DNA of 64,000 nt from Bacteroidota bacterium (GCA_039714415.1 JBDLJL010000003.1:10276-74275), one strand, 5' to 3'. Positions 29,707 through 38,107 are shown, counted from the first letter of the stretch. Numbers and translations: made by a program. The notes: generated by a model from the letters alone, not told the origin.

Positions 29707-30369
29707 TCATTTATTTCTGCTTAAAAATTTAAACGACCAATAAAACATATTTAATAACAGTCCCATTAAAATTGTCATTCCCCATGTTCCGGGGTGTGCA
29801 AATGGATGGATAATCCGATCAATGATATCATAAAGTAAAGAGAAAGGAGATATAATTACGTCCCAACTATTCCATCTTAAATATCGTCCTAAATAAATCC
29901 CAAAACTTGCGGTAAAAAGCAAAAAAACAGAGATAAATGAAACTACTTTTTTGTTAGTATATTTTTCTAACAGGTATTCAATATGAATAAGACTAATAAA
30001 TCCAAAAAGAAGTCCTGTCCATGCAAAAGACAATATCAAGACCAGGTCAAACCATATTGGCATTAGAGAATTTATTCGAAGGTGCAATAAGTCCGTAAGG
30101 ATATATAAGGCATTAGGAAAGAATAATATCCAAAGGAAGAATAGTCCCATTATAACAGACTTTTTCTTTTGTAAACCTGGTTTAACTATAATAATTGTGC
30201 TAAATAACCATGGTATAAAAGCCAGAAATAAATTCCAATTCAAAAATAGAAAAAGACTTGAACCCGTTAAGTAAACCCTTAATAGAGTCAATAAAAAGCA
30301 CGAAAAACTCATTATTGCAAGTAATAGTGAGATGTTTAATTGATGATATCTTTTTAATAATTCGACCAT
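29707..30369 (-). CDS. DUF1361-family integral membrane protein
   Basis: 6-7 TM helices and WNLFLAFIPW, which is characteristic of DUF1361. It overlaps the upstream dgkA-like gene by 16 nt. Confidence 0.6.
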   Translation of the reverse strand: MVELLKRYHQLNISLLLAIMSFSCFLLTLLRVYLTGSSLFLFLNWNLFLAFIPWLFSTIIIVKPGLQKKKSVIMGLFFLWILFFPNALYILTDLLHLRINSLMPIWFDLVLILSFAWTGLLFGFISLIHIEYLLEKYTNKKVVSFISVFLLFTASFGIYLGRYLRWNSWDVIISPFSLLYDIIDRIIHPFAHPGTWGMTILMGLLLNMFYWSFKFLSRNK

Positions 30370-30740
30370 AATTCTACAATTTTGGGAATAAAAATGATAA
30401 AAGCGACTATCATAGCTACTAACGCACTTATCAAAACAGCCGCAGCAGATAAATCCTTTACCTTTTTAATGATTTCATGATAGTTGGGTGATGCAAAATC
30501 AGCAAGATATTCAATGGATGAATTGATAATTTCAGATGATAATACCAAGCCTGTAACTAGTACAATTGCTACCCATTCTAAAGGTGAAATTTTTAGGATA
30601 AACCCTAAAGTAATTGCAAAAATCATTGCCACTAAGTGAATTCTTGAATTATGTTCATATTTAACTAAAATTCTAAGCCCATTTAAGGCATATTTAAAAC
30701 TTTTTTGTCTGCTTTTAATTGAAAATATTTTATTTTCCAT
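30354..30740 (-). CDS. dgkA: Diacylglycerol kinase / undecaprenol kinase family (DgkA) protein
   Basis: 128 aa with 3 TM helices. SFKYALNGL, SSEIINSSIEYLAD and KDLSAAAVL motifs match prokaryotic DgkA. Confidence 0.85.
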   Translation of the reverse strand: MENKIFSIKSRQKSFKYALNGLRILVKYEHNSRIHLVAMIFAITLGFILKISPLEWVAIVLVTGLVLSSEIINSSIEYLADFASPNYHEIIKKVKDLSAAAVLISALVAMIVAFIIFIPKIVELWSNY

Positions 30741-30759
30741 TTTTTAAAGTTTTAATTCA

Positions 30760-32295
30760 TCAATTATCCTTTTTATAGTATTTATATGCCTTCCAATCAG
30801 CTAGGTTCCATGAAAACCATGAGTGCTTTTCATATTTAACCATAAAACTTTTTACCCTAAAATTGTAATGATTTTTGTAAGTATCAGAATAATATCTGTA
30901 AGTATTAAATTCTGTGCTTTGGTCTAAAATGTAATCATACTTATCAATCAAAGGCAAAACTTTATCGGACATACTTAACAAAAAACTTGTTTCCATATGA
31001 TCTTTCATTCCATGTTTTAGGTTATGTTTGGCAATAATACTGTCCCAATTTAAGAGGCTTGAGCTAACCAATATTAGGAATATGGCCAGCGAATTGGTTC
31101 TTAAAAGGTAGTAAAACGATTTTTTCTGTTTAATTTTGATGTATAAGGTAACTAAACCAAAAACAACGGTTGTTAGAAAAATAAATACACCAATCCTTTT
31201 ATATGCAAGGCCCCAATAAGTAATGTAATGTAGGTTTCGTATTACCACAGAAACAGCAAGGATAAAGTTTTGAGCAATCCATAGATATGACAATTTTTGC
31301 AAAAGTTTCTTTTTTGGATAAAAGTTAAGGTTTCGCCTAAAATAATACAGCATAATAATCATTGATAACAATATGCTGATAATAAGCAAGTAAGTGCCTT
31401 CATGAACAAACTGTTTTAAATCAAATTCTTCGGAATACTCAAATCCAAACCAAACCCATTTAATATCAATTATATTAACAGCTAATAATAAAATATTAAC
31501 AAGGATTAATAAGATTAAAGCAGATATGTATTCCGATTTTAATCCTAGTGATAATAAAAATTTTGCTTTAGAATTTAGGATTTCGGTATTCCAGATAACT
31601 TGTTTTTTCTTTTTTCTGATACGAGTTATGTTTTCTTCATTCTTAGATTCTCTGGCCAGAACTTTATTGATATTACTTTTATAAAGAACCCAGGCAACGA
31701 GTGAAAACCCAAACAGAATAAATACAATCCTTGCAAAAGATAAGTTTTTGAAAGCCGGAGTAACAAAATTTATTATGCTATTGATTAATTTATTTGAGAA
31801 TACATTAAATATTGGGTTGGCATTTATGAATATAATATAAAACAGGAACAAAATCAGTAAAGGAATAATGGCTAGCTTAATTAACCTTAACAGGAACTTT
31901 AGTTTAGATTTTTGACCTTGAAATGCTGGAAATTTTGAAACCATGACTACTGGTAACTTAATTAGAGAACTAAAAGCTGCAAGAGCTGCAAAAATGTTCG
32001 TTTTTAAAGCAGGTTCCTGTGATGTGCCAACAAACAGAACAAATGTTACTACATACATTACAAACGCAAAACTTGATGAGTGTAGGCTAATGGCCAAAGA
32101 AAGAATGAGTAAAGAAAGGCTGTTTATTATAAGTAATCTATTCCATGTAAAGCCTGAAAGAAATCTAAAGGAAACAATAATAAATAAGGTGAAAATTAAC
32201 AGATTAACACCAACTAATTGATTCCAGAACAGGTAGTTAAATAAAATAGCTCCTGTAATGGATAGAACTAATGGTAATATTTGATTTTTCTTCAT
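30760..32295 (-). CDS. Large polytopic membrane protein, DUF4173/DUF4153-like
   Basis: 511 aa with more than 10 TM helices. The N-terminal ILFNYLFWNQLVGVNLLIF pattern resembles DUF4173. It lies 11 nt downstream of the radical SAM gene. Confidence 0.5.
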   Translation of the reverse strand: MKKNQILPLVLSITGAILFNYLFWNQLVGVNLLIFTLFIIVSFRFLSGFTWNRLLIINSLSLLILSLAISLHSSSFAFVMYVVTFVLFVGTSQEPALKTNIFAALAAFSSLIKLPVVMVSKFPAFQGQKSKLKFLLRLIKLAIIPLLILFLFYIIFINANPIFNVFSNKLINSIINFVTPAFKNLSFARIVFILFGFSLVAWVLYKSNINKVLARESKNEENITRIRKKKKQVIWNTEILNSKAKFLLSLGLKSEYISALILLILVNILLLAVNIIDIKWVWFGFEYSEEFDLKQFVHEGTYLLIISILLSMIIMLYYFRRNLNFYPKKKLLQKLSYLWIAQNFILAVSVVIRNLHYITYWGLAYKRIGVFIFLTTVVFGLVTLYIKIKQKKSFYYLLRTNSLAIFLILVSSSLLNWDSIIAKHNLKHGMKDHMETSFLLSMSDKVLPLIDKYDYILDQSTEFNTYRYYSDTYKNHYNFRVKSFMVKYEKHSWFSWNLADWKAYKYYKKDN

Positions 32296-32306
32296 TTTTT
32301 TAGAGA

Positions 32307-33770
32307 TTATGCTGATTTAAGGATATCTTTTGAATTAATAATTAATTTTTGTTTAGGTTCTTTATTTAATTCCTGCCCACAATTACTTTTTATATTTTTA
32401 ATACTACCTGTAGGCTTAACTTTCGACAAAAGGTTTTCAAGCAAAGGCAACATCTGATTTAAACCTTCTGTTTTAATAATAAAACTCCAAAGAGGTTCAA
32501 ATTTTTTCCATCCACCGGTATAAAACAAATGTTTTAATTTATGTTTTACTGATTCATGTTTCATACTTGCCGAGAAAATATTGCTCCATTTGTAAAACTC
32601 ATTATATGACCACTGGTATCCATCCTCTAGTTCTTCTGCTGTTAATTTTATTGTTTTATAAACAACATGCCGTGTATCATATAAGTCCCAGTTTCTACTT
32701 AAAATTCTGTTTTGACTTTCCATAGTCTTAAATAGCTCTGTGCCAGGATAGGGGGTGAGCACATGATAAGTTGCTGTGGTTATCGCATTTTCAATACCCC
32801 AGTCTACGGTTCTTTTGAAAACATCTTTATCATCATGATCCAGACCAAAAACAAAACTGCCGTTAATCATTATCCCCAAATCATGAAGCTTTTTCACCGC
32901 TATTTGGTAATCTTTGTTCAAGTTCTGGTTTTTATTACTTTGTTTTAAATTTTCAGCTGAAAATGTTTCAAAACCAATAAAAACACTCCTAAGGCCTGCT
33001 TTTGCTGCCTTTTCTATCAAATCACCATTTAATATGGATGCAACTGTTGCTGCTCCCTGGAATACACGGTTCATTCCTTGCATACCTTCAAATAATGATT
33101 CTGCAAATTTTCTATTACCTAATAGGTGATCATCAAGAAAATACAAATGCTTTCCTGGCAAGCTGTCTATTTCTGTCAAAGCATTATCAACCTGTTGGGT
33201 ATAAAATGATTTGCCACCTTTGAAAAAGGATTCCTTATAACAGAAACTGCAGCTGTGAGGACAACCTCTTGAGACTACAAGTGAGTTTGGGACTAGGTAT
33301 AATTGACGCTTTATCAGCTCCCTTCTTGCAGGCGGTTGATTTTCAAGTGTTCTTACTGCCGAAAAATATCTTTTTTTAGGCACTTTATTTCTGAAATCTT
33401 TTAAAAATTCAGGGAAAGTTTCTTCACCCGGGCCAATAAAAATAGAATCGGCATGAAGCTTTGCTTCGTCTGGCAAAGATGTTACATGAAGGCCACCCAA
33501 AACGACATAACTTCCCCGTTGGCGATAATGATCGGCTATTTTATATGTCCTGTAAGCATTGGTTATATAAACCTGTATTACAACCAAATCAGGATGATCG
33601 TTCAAATTTAATTTTTCAACATGCTGATCCTGAAGTTCTACATCATCATTTGGGTCAAGATATGCAGCAAGCGTTGCCAAACCCAAAGGAGGAAACAGGG
33701 AATATTTTATTGGTCGCCAAAATGGACTTTCAGCCTCAGCAAGTGCTGGTAATATTAGTTTTACTTTCAT
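32307..33770 (-). CDS. B12-binding-domain radical SAM enzyme (class B-like)
   Basis: It has an N-terminal Rossmann-like B12-binding-type region (DLVVIQVYITNAY...VVLGGLHVTSLPDE) followed by the CxxxCxxC cluster motif GCPHSCSFCYK. Confidence 0.8.
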   Translation of the reverse strand: MKVKLILPALAEAESPFWRPIKYSLFPPLGLATLAAYLDPNDDVELQDQHVEKLNLNDHPDLVVIQVYITNAYRTYKIADHYRQRGSYVVLGGLHVTSLPDEAKLHADSIFIGPGEETFPEFLKDFRNKVPKKRYFSAVRTLENQPPARRELIKRQLYLVPNSLVVSRGCPHSCSFCYKESFFKGGKSFYTQQVDNALTEIDSLPGKHLYFLDDHLLGNRKFAESLFEGMQGMNRVFQGAATVASILNGDLIEKAAKAGLRSVFIGFETFSAENLKQSNKNQNLNKDYQIAVKKLHDLGIMINGSFVFGLDHDDKDVFKRTVDWGIENAITTATYHVLTPYPGTELFKTMESQNRILSRNWDLYDTRHVVYKTIKLTAEELEDGYQWSYNEFYKWSNIFSASMKHESVKHKLKHLFYTGGWKKFEPLWSFIIKTEGLNQMLPLLENLLSKVKPTGSIKNIKSNCGQELNKEPKQKLIINSKDILKSA

Positions 33771-33773
33771 ATA

Positions 33774-33833
33774 TATTAGTAATTTGTAACTGGTAATTAG
33801 TGTATTAGTAATTTGTAATTAGATAATAAATAG
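33774..33833. repeat. Heptamer tandem repeat (TNGTAAT, about 8 units) abutting the radical SAM start codon
   Basis: The units read TAGTAAT TTGTAAC TGGTAAT TAGTGTA TTAGTAAT TTGTAAT TAGATAAT. Confidence 0.7.
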
Positions 33834-33895
33834 TTAAATCATAAATCGAATGTTCGTCAATCAAAAAATATTATCTGACATTTGATTGATTTGTT

Positions 33896-33951
33896 AGTTG
33901 ATAGTAATTGGTAATTAAATTATCAATATTCATTAATCAATATTCAATTAA
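33896..33951. repeat. Heptamer / 14-bp tandem repeat overlapping the sugar-transferase stop codon
   Basis: GATAGTAATTGGTAATTAAAT is followed by TATCAATATTCAT TAATCAATATTCAAT. Confidence 0.55.
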
Positions 33952-34492
33952 GATGTTTATTCGGCCAAATCATCCTTCTCACCTTGGTTTTCCCAAAAAG
34001 GTTCATTAAAAACGATAAACTTATTACCAAAAAATCAATGAATAAACTATTTGATTGAGTATATTTTTTATCCCAAAACCAAGAAGTTTTTCTATGTTGC
34101 CCGCCAAATATTTGTGCAAAACCGGTAATTCCCGGCTTAATTCTCCATCTGGTTGAATGATAAGCTGTGTCCCATTTTAACCGTTCAATATCATGAGCTG
34201 TTAGGGCACGTGGCCCCACAATACTCATATCACCCTTTATAACATTAATAAATTGAGCTAACTCATCTAAACCCGTTTTTCGTAATATTGTTCCGAGTTT
34301 GGTTGGCTTATCATTTACTAATGTTTGAAGTTTTAATATCTGAAAAGGCTTTTTGTTTTTTCCTATTCTTTCCTGATAAAAAATTATTGGGTGCTCATAA
34401 AAAAGCTTAATTGCCAAAACAATAATGGTCACAGGCAATAAGAAAACCATTAAGGCTATAAGTGAAAAAAGTATGTCGAATATTCGTTTCAT
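33944..34492 (-). CDS. Small monotopic phosphoglycosyl transferase (bacterial sugar transferase, PglC-like)
   Basis: 182 aa with MKRIFDILFSLIALMVFLLP (re-entrant helix), FYQERIGKNKKPFQILKLQT, GLDELAQFINVIKGDMSIVGPRA and GITGFAQI. Confidence 0.85.
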   Translation of the reverse strand: MKRIFDILFSLIALMVFLLPVTIIVLAIKLFYEHPIIFYQERIGKNKKPFQILKLQTLVNDKPTKLGTILRKTGLDELAQFINVIKGDMSIVGPRALTAHDIERLKWDTAYHSTRWRIKPGITGFAQIFGGQHRKTSWFWDKKYTQSNSLFIDFLVISLSFLMNLFGKTKVRRMIWPNKHLN

Positions 34493-34516
34493 AATGTTTG
34501 TTTTAAAATTGCAAAA

Positions 34517-34537
34517 GTACTTTGAAATTCAAAGTAC
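34517..34537. promoter_or_regulatory. Palindrome GTACTTTGA-AAT-TCAAAGTAC upstream of the sugar-transferase gene (candidate operator)
   Basis: Perfect 9+9 inverted repeat between the wHTH stop (34552) and the transferase start (34492). It is adjacent to a minus-strand TACTTTTG -7-like box (34512-34519). Confidence 0.4.
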
Positions 34538-34551
34538 GAGTGTAAAAAAAA

Positions 34552-34851
34552 TTAATTGTTAGGGTTGATTAAGGCTTCCAGTGCATCAATATGCAATTTA
34601 AAAGCGTTCCGCCCAATCATTGTTACACTGTAACTTGTTTTAGGTTTTCTTCCCACAAATTGTTTTCTTACCTCTAGATATTCATTTTTTTCCAGGGCAT
34701 TTAAATGGCTTGCCAGGTTCCCATCCGTTACTTCAAGCATTTCTTTCAGTACATTAAACTCCACCCAATCGTTAACTACAAGAATTGACATTATTCCTAG
34801 TCGTACCCGATTCTCAAATTGTTTATTTAGATTTAGAATTATACTGCTCAT
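34552..34851 (-). CDS. Small winged-helix transcriptional regulator
   Basis: 99 aa. RLGIMSILVVNDWVEFNVLKEMLEVTDGNLASHLNALEKNEYLEVRKQFVGRKPKTSYSVT is a wHTH of ArsR/MarR-like topology. Confidence 0.75.
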   Translation of the reverse strand: MSSIILNLNKQFENRVRLGIMSILVVNDWVEFNVLKEMLEVTDGNLASHLNALEKNEYLEVRKQFVGRKPKTSYSVTMIGRNAFKLHIDALEALINPNN

Positions 34852-34971
34852 CTTTCATCTGTTTATACTATTTTGTTTTAATGGACAGATGGAACATCCA
34901 CATATTCGTACATCTATGCAATAAGTAAACTAATAATGTATAATTATCCTTGTATGTATTTAAAATAATCA

Positions 34972-35601
34972 TTATGTTTCGTATTTATAGTACATTACAA
35001 TCCCATAAATAATATGCAAAAAACCAAAGCCGATGCTCCAAATAATAATATCATATTCACTGAACAAAAGTGAAATAAAACCCAAAAATAACTCGAAGTA
35101 TCCCAAATATCTAATATCACTATAAGTAAAATGTCCTGCATTTAAAAGAGCCAAACCATAAAAAATCAAAGATGTAGGTACAATCAAATCATAATACCCC
35201 CTGAAAATCAGAACGAGAATAAATGTACCTGCTGCCAATAATGGAACAAACAGATTTATTATAAGTTTTTTAGTAATATGATCCCAAAGGGGTAATGACT
35301 TCTTTTTAGAATTTTTTGTTGTAAAATAAGCAGCACTACCAACTGAAAGCAGGAAAACAACTGCTGCCAATAAAACCAAAAAAACAGGTATTTCATCACA
35401 TAAAACCAATGAAGAAAAAATTAACGGCTCTGTGTTTTCAATTATAAAAACGTGAGTATACCAATAGGCAATTGCAGCACCGGCAATAGCATAAAGTCCT
35501 GCAAAAATACCTGACAGTCCACTTAAGGAAATAAAGCGTGAAGCTTTTTCCATCATGCTCCGGATTTCAGAAATATCTTTAATAGGTTTTGATTTAGTCA
35601 T
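34972..35601 (-). CDS. Hypothetical 5-TM membrane protein (first gene of the wHTH unit)
   Basis: 209 aa with five hydrophobic helices. No recognisable family. Confidence 0.5.
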   Translation of the reverse strand: MTKSKPIKDISEIRSMMEKASRFISLSGLSGIFAGLYAIAGAAIAYWYTHVFIIENTEPLIFSSLVLCDEIPVFLVLLAAVVFLLSVGSAAYFTTKNSKKKSLPLWDHITKKLIINLFVPLLAAGTFILVLIFRGYYDLIVPTSLIFYGLALLNAGHFTYSDIRYLGYFELFLGFISLLFSEYDIIIWSIGFGFLHIIYGIVMYYKYET

Positions 35602-35617
35602 TTTTAATATTTTAAAA

Positions 35618-35638
35618 GTACTTTGAGGTGCAAAGTTA
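35618..35638. promoter_or_regulatory. Related palindrome GTACTTTGA-GGTG-CAAAGTTA upstream of the membrane-protein/wHTH unit (candidate operator)
   Basis: It shares AAAAGTACTTTGA...CAAAGT with the 34517 site and lies 17-37 nt upstream of start 35601. The minus-strand half-site TAACTTTG also matches the -7 consensus. Confidence 0.4.
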
Positions 35639-35832
35639 GTAACTATTTTTAAACCCCCAAATAAATTTTAACTAATTATGAAAATAGTTCCATCTTATGA
35701 TATAAATCATTTTATAGAACATGTTTTATTTGGAATATTATTTGCAAATTTGCAGGGAGTTTTTTTAACAACCAAACCCTTATAAAAAATTACTTAACTA
35801 TTATTTTAATAACGCAACTAAAACAACAGCAG

Positions 35833-36894
35833 ATGAAAAAACACAATTTTTACGCAGGACCTTCTATTTTACCGAAAAAAGTAATTAAAGAAACGGGTAA
35901 AGCATTAAAAAACTTTGCAGGAACGGACTTATCATTAGCTTCAATTTCACACAGAAGCAAAGAATTTGACCAGGTAATGAATGAAACTCAGGATTTGTTT
36001 AAAGAATTACTTGATATACCTGAAGGATATTCTGTGCTTTTCCTTGGTGGTGGTGCCAGCATGCAGTTTGCTATGATTCCTTATAACTTAATGAAATCAA
36101 AGGCAGCATATGTTAATACAGGAACTTGGGCATCTAAAGCCTTAAAAGAAGCAAAAATGTTTGGCGAGGTACATGAAATAAAAGCTGATGATTTTTTCCA
36201 TCTTCCTAAAAATTTTGATTTACCAGGTGACATAGATTATTTGCACGTTACTACTAATAATACCATATATGGTACAGAATATAAAGATGACTTTGATGTA
36301 GATGTACCTGTTATTGCTGATATGTCCTCTGATATTTTTAGTCGTAAAATTGATATTTCAAAATATGCAATGATTTATGGTGGTGCCCAGAAAAACCTTG
36401 CCCCATCGGGTGTAACTTTTGTGATTATCAAGAATGATATTTTGGGTAAAGTGGACAGGCAAATACCATCCATGTTAAACTATCAAACACATATTGATAA
36501 GGGTTCAATGTTTAATACACCACCCGTAATTCCAATTTATGCTGCATATCAAACATTAAAATGGATTAAAGCTAAGGGTGGTGTAGAAGGTATGAATAAA
36601 GCCGCCACAAAAAAAGCAGAGCTATTATATAATGAAATTGATAGAAACCCATATTTTGTTGGAACCGTTGAAAAAGAAAGTCGTTCTTTAATGAATATTT
36701 GTTTTGTTATGAGTGATGAACATAAAGGACTGGAAAAAGATTTTCTCGAATTTGCCACCGAACGTGGAATGATAGGAATTAAAGGTCACCGCTCTGTTGG
36801 TGGTTTTAGGGCTTCAACATATAATTCATTGCCGTTGAAAAGTGTGAAAGCATTGGTGAAAACCATGCAGAAATTTGAAGAAAAACAAGCTTAA
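35833..36894 (+). CDS. serC: Phosphoserine aminotransferase
   Basis: FYAGPS, SHRSKEF and the [16 protein letters not shown]-lysine motif are present, at the typical length of 353 aa. Confidence 0.95.
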   Translation: MKKHNFYAGPSILPKKVIKETGKALKNFAGTDLSLASISHRSKEFDQVMNETQDLFKELLDIPEGYSVLFLGGGASMQFAMIPYNLMKSKAAYVNTGTWASKALKEAKMFGEVHEIKADDFFHLPKNFDLPGDIDYLHVTTNNTIYGTEYKDDFDVDVPVIADMSSDIFSRKIDISKYAMIYGGAQKNLAPSGVTFVIIKNDILGKVDRQIPSMLNYQTHIDKGSMFNTPPVIPIYAAYQTLKWIKAKGGVEGMNKAATKKAELLYNEIDRNPYFVGTVEKESRSLMNICFVMSDEHKGLEKDFLEFATERGMIGIKGHRSVGGFRASTYNSLPLKSVKALVKTMQKFEEKQA

Positions 36895-36899
36895 TTTTA

Positions 36900-36959
36900 T
36901 TAAGGCCACCTCTATTAATTAATTTGTTGCAAGAAATTAATTTTTAGAGGTGGCCTTAA
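36900..36959. repeat. 60-nt near-perfect hairpin after serC; its arms resemble the MITE TIRs (TIR-only derivative?)
   Basis: 15 bp are perfect (36900-36914 with 36945-36959: TTAAGGCCACCTCTA / TAGAGGTGGCCTTAA). A further 9 bp pair (36917-36925 with 36934-36942), separated by a 2x2 mismatch. The loop is 8 nt. Confidence 0.8.
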
Positions 36960-36960
36960 G

Positions 36961-37045
36961 TAACTAGTAATTTGGATTTGGTAATTGATTTATTCAGTTA
37001 CCAATTACTTAATTGCTAATTATCCAATGACCAATTATCTAATTT
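36961..37045. repeat. Heptamer-repeat block in both orientations upstream of serA
   Basis: TAGTAATTTGGATTTGGTAATTGA is followed by GTTACCAATTACTTAATTGCTAATTATCCAATGACCAATTATCTAATT. Translating it produces the spurious TNY-rich N-terminal extension of ORF 36985. Confidence 0.7.
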
Positions 37046-37059
37046 TAAAAACGCAACCA

Positions 37060-37983
37060 ATGAAAAAAATACTTGTAGCAACACAAAAACCATTTGCCCC
37101 GGCAGCAGTTAATAGTATAAAACAGATTGTCGAGAGTGCAGGATATGAATTTGAACTGTTTGAAAAATATGCCGAACAGGTAGATTTTGTAAAAGTTGTA
37201 GAAAGTGCACATGCCTTAATTATTAGGAGCGATAAAGTTACTAAAGAAGTAATTGACGCTGCCAAAAACCTTGAAATTGTTGTTCGGGCAGGAGCAGGTT
37301 ACGATAATGTTGATTTGGAAGCAGCTAGTGCCAAAGGTGTTGTTGTAATGAATACACCAGGGCAAAACTCTAATGCTGTTGCAGAATTAGCTTTTGGTAC
37401 TATGGTTTACCTGGCAAGGAATGGTTTTAATGGGTCGGCTGGTACAGAGTTAAAAGGCAAAACCCTGGGAATTCATGCATATGGCAATGTTGGTAGATAT
37501 GTTGCAAAGATTGCTAAAGGCTTTGGAATGAAAGTTTATGCTTTTGATCCTTACGTTAAGAAAAAAGTAATGAAAAAGGATAAAGTAAAACCGGTAAAAT
37601 CAGCTGAGAAATTATATGCTAAGTGTCAATATATTTCTTTGCATATTCCTGCAACTGAACAAACTAAAGATTCGATAAATTATGATTTATTATCATCAAT
37701 GCCGGAAAATGCTGTTTTGGTGAATACGGCCCGTAAGGAAGTTATTCACGAAGCAGATATGCTAAAATTAATGGATGACCGTAAGGATTTTTCATACATT
37801 TCAGATATTGCACCAGATAATAAAGCTGATATTGAGCAAAAATATGAAGGAAGGTTTTTCTTTACACCAAAAAAAATGGGGGCTCAAACATCTGAAGCAA
37901 ATATTAATGCAGGGGTAGCCGCGGCAAATCAAATTAGCAAATTCTTTAAAAGTGGTGATACCACATTTAAAGTTAATAAATAA
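37060..37983 (+). CDS. serA: D-3-phosphoglycerate dehydrogenase-type 2-hydroxyacid dehydrogenase (short form, no ACT domain)
   Basis: GIHAYGNVGRYVA (the NAD GxGxxG motif), LHIPAT and NTARKEV motifs are present. It lies between serC and DUF1015. The track ORF start (36985) translates heptamer-repeat DNA; ATG 37060 (MKKILVAT) is preferred. Confidence 0.8.
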   Translation: MKKILVATQKPFAPAAVNSIKQIVESAGYEFELFEKYAEQVDFVKVVESAHALIIRSDKVTKEVIDAAKNLEIVVRAGAGYDNVDLEAASAKGVVVMNTPGQNSNAVAELAFGTMVYLARNGFNGSAGTELKGKTLGIHAYGNVGRYVAKIAKGFGMKVYAFDPYVKKKVMKKDKVKPVKSAEKLYAKCQYISLHIPATEQTKDSINYDLLSSMPENAVLVNTARKEVIHEADMLKLMDDRKDFSYISDIAPDNKADIEQKYEGRFFFTPKKMGAQTSEANINAGVAAANQISKFFKSGDTTFKVNK

Positions 37984-38021
37984 CTTTTGTCACTCGAAAT
38001 TAATTATGGACTTGCTTGTAA

Positions 38022-38041
38022 AGACGCACGGCCGTGCGTCT
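38022..38041. repeat. GC-rich REP-like hairpin AGACGCACGGCCGTGCGTCT
   Basis: Perfect 20-nt palindrome in an otherwise AT-rich spacer after serA. It is followed by CTATCAAT rather than a T-run. Confidence 0.65.
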
Positions 38042-38044
38042 CTA

Positions 38045-38104
38045 TCAATCAATAATGAAGCAATTAATTTCTAGTTTCTAATTACTAATATACTAATTAC
38101 TAAA
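38045..38104. repeat. Heptamer-repeat block upstream of the DUF1015 gene
   Basis: The sequence is TCAATCAATAATGAAGCAATTAATTTCTAGTTTCTAATTACTAATATACTAATTACTAAAA. Confidence 0.6.
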
Positions 38105-38107
38105 ATC

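Noticed and set aside
32296-32306. TTTTTTTAGAGATTA between the radical SAM and DUF4173 genes resembles the right TIR of the MITE-like element.
   Set aside because: Only about 12 nt are similar, with no matching left end or core nearby. The 11-nt spacer is more simply a translational-coupling junction.
36985-37059. N-terminal extension of the serA-like ORF (MIYSVTNYLIANYPMTNYLILKTQP).
   Set aside because: It is a translation of the heptamer tandem repeat. The family N-terminus (MKKILVAT) starts at ATG 37060.
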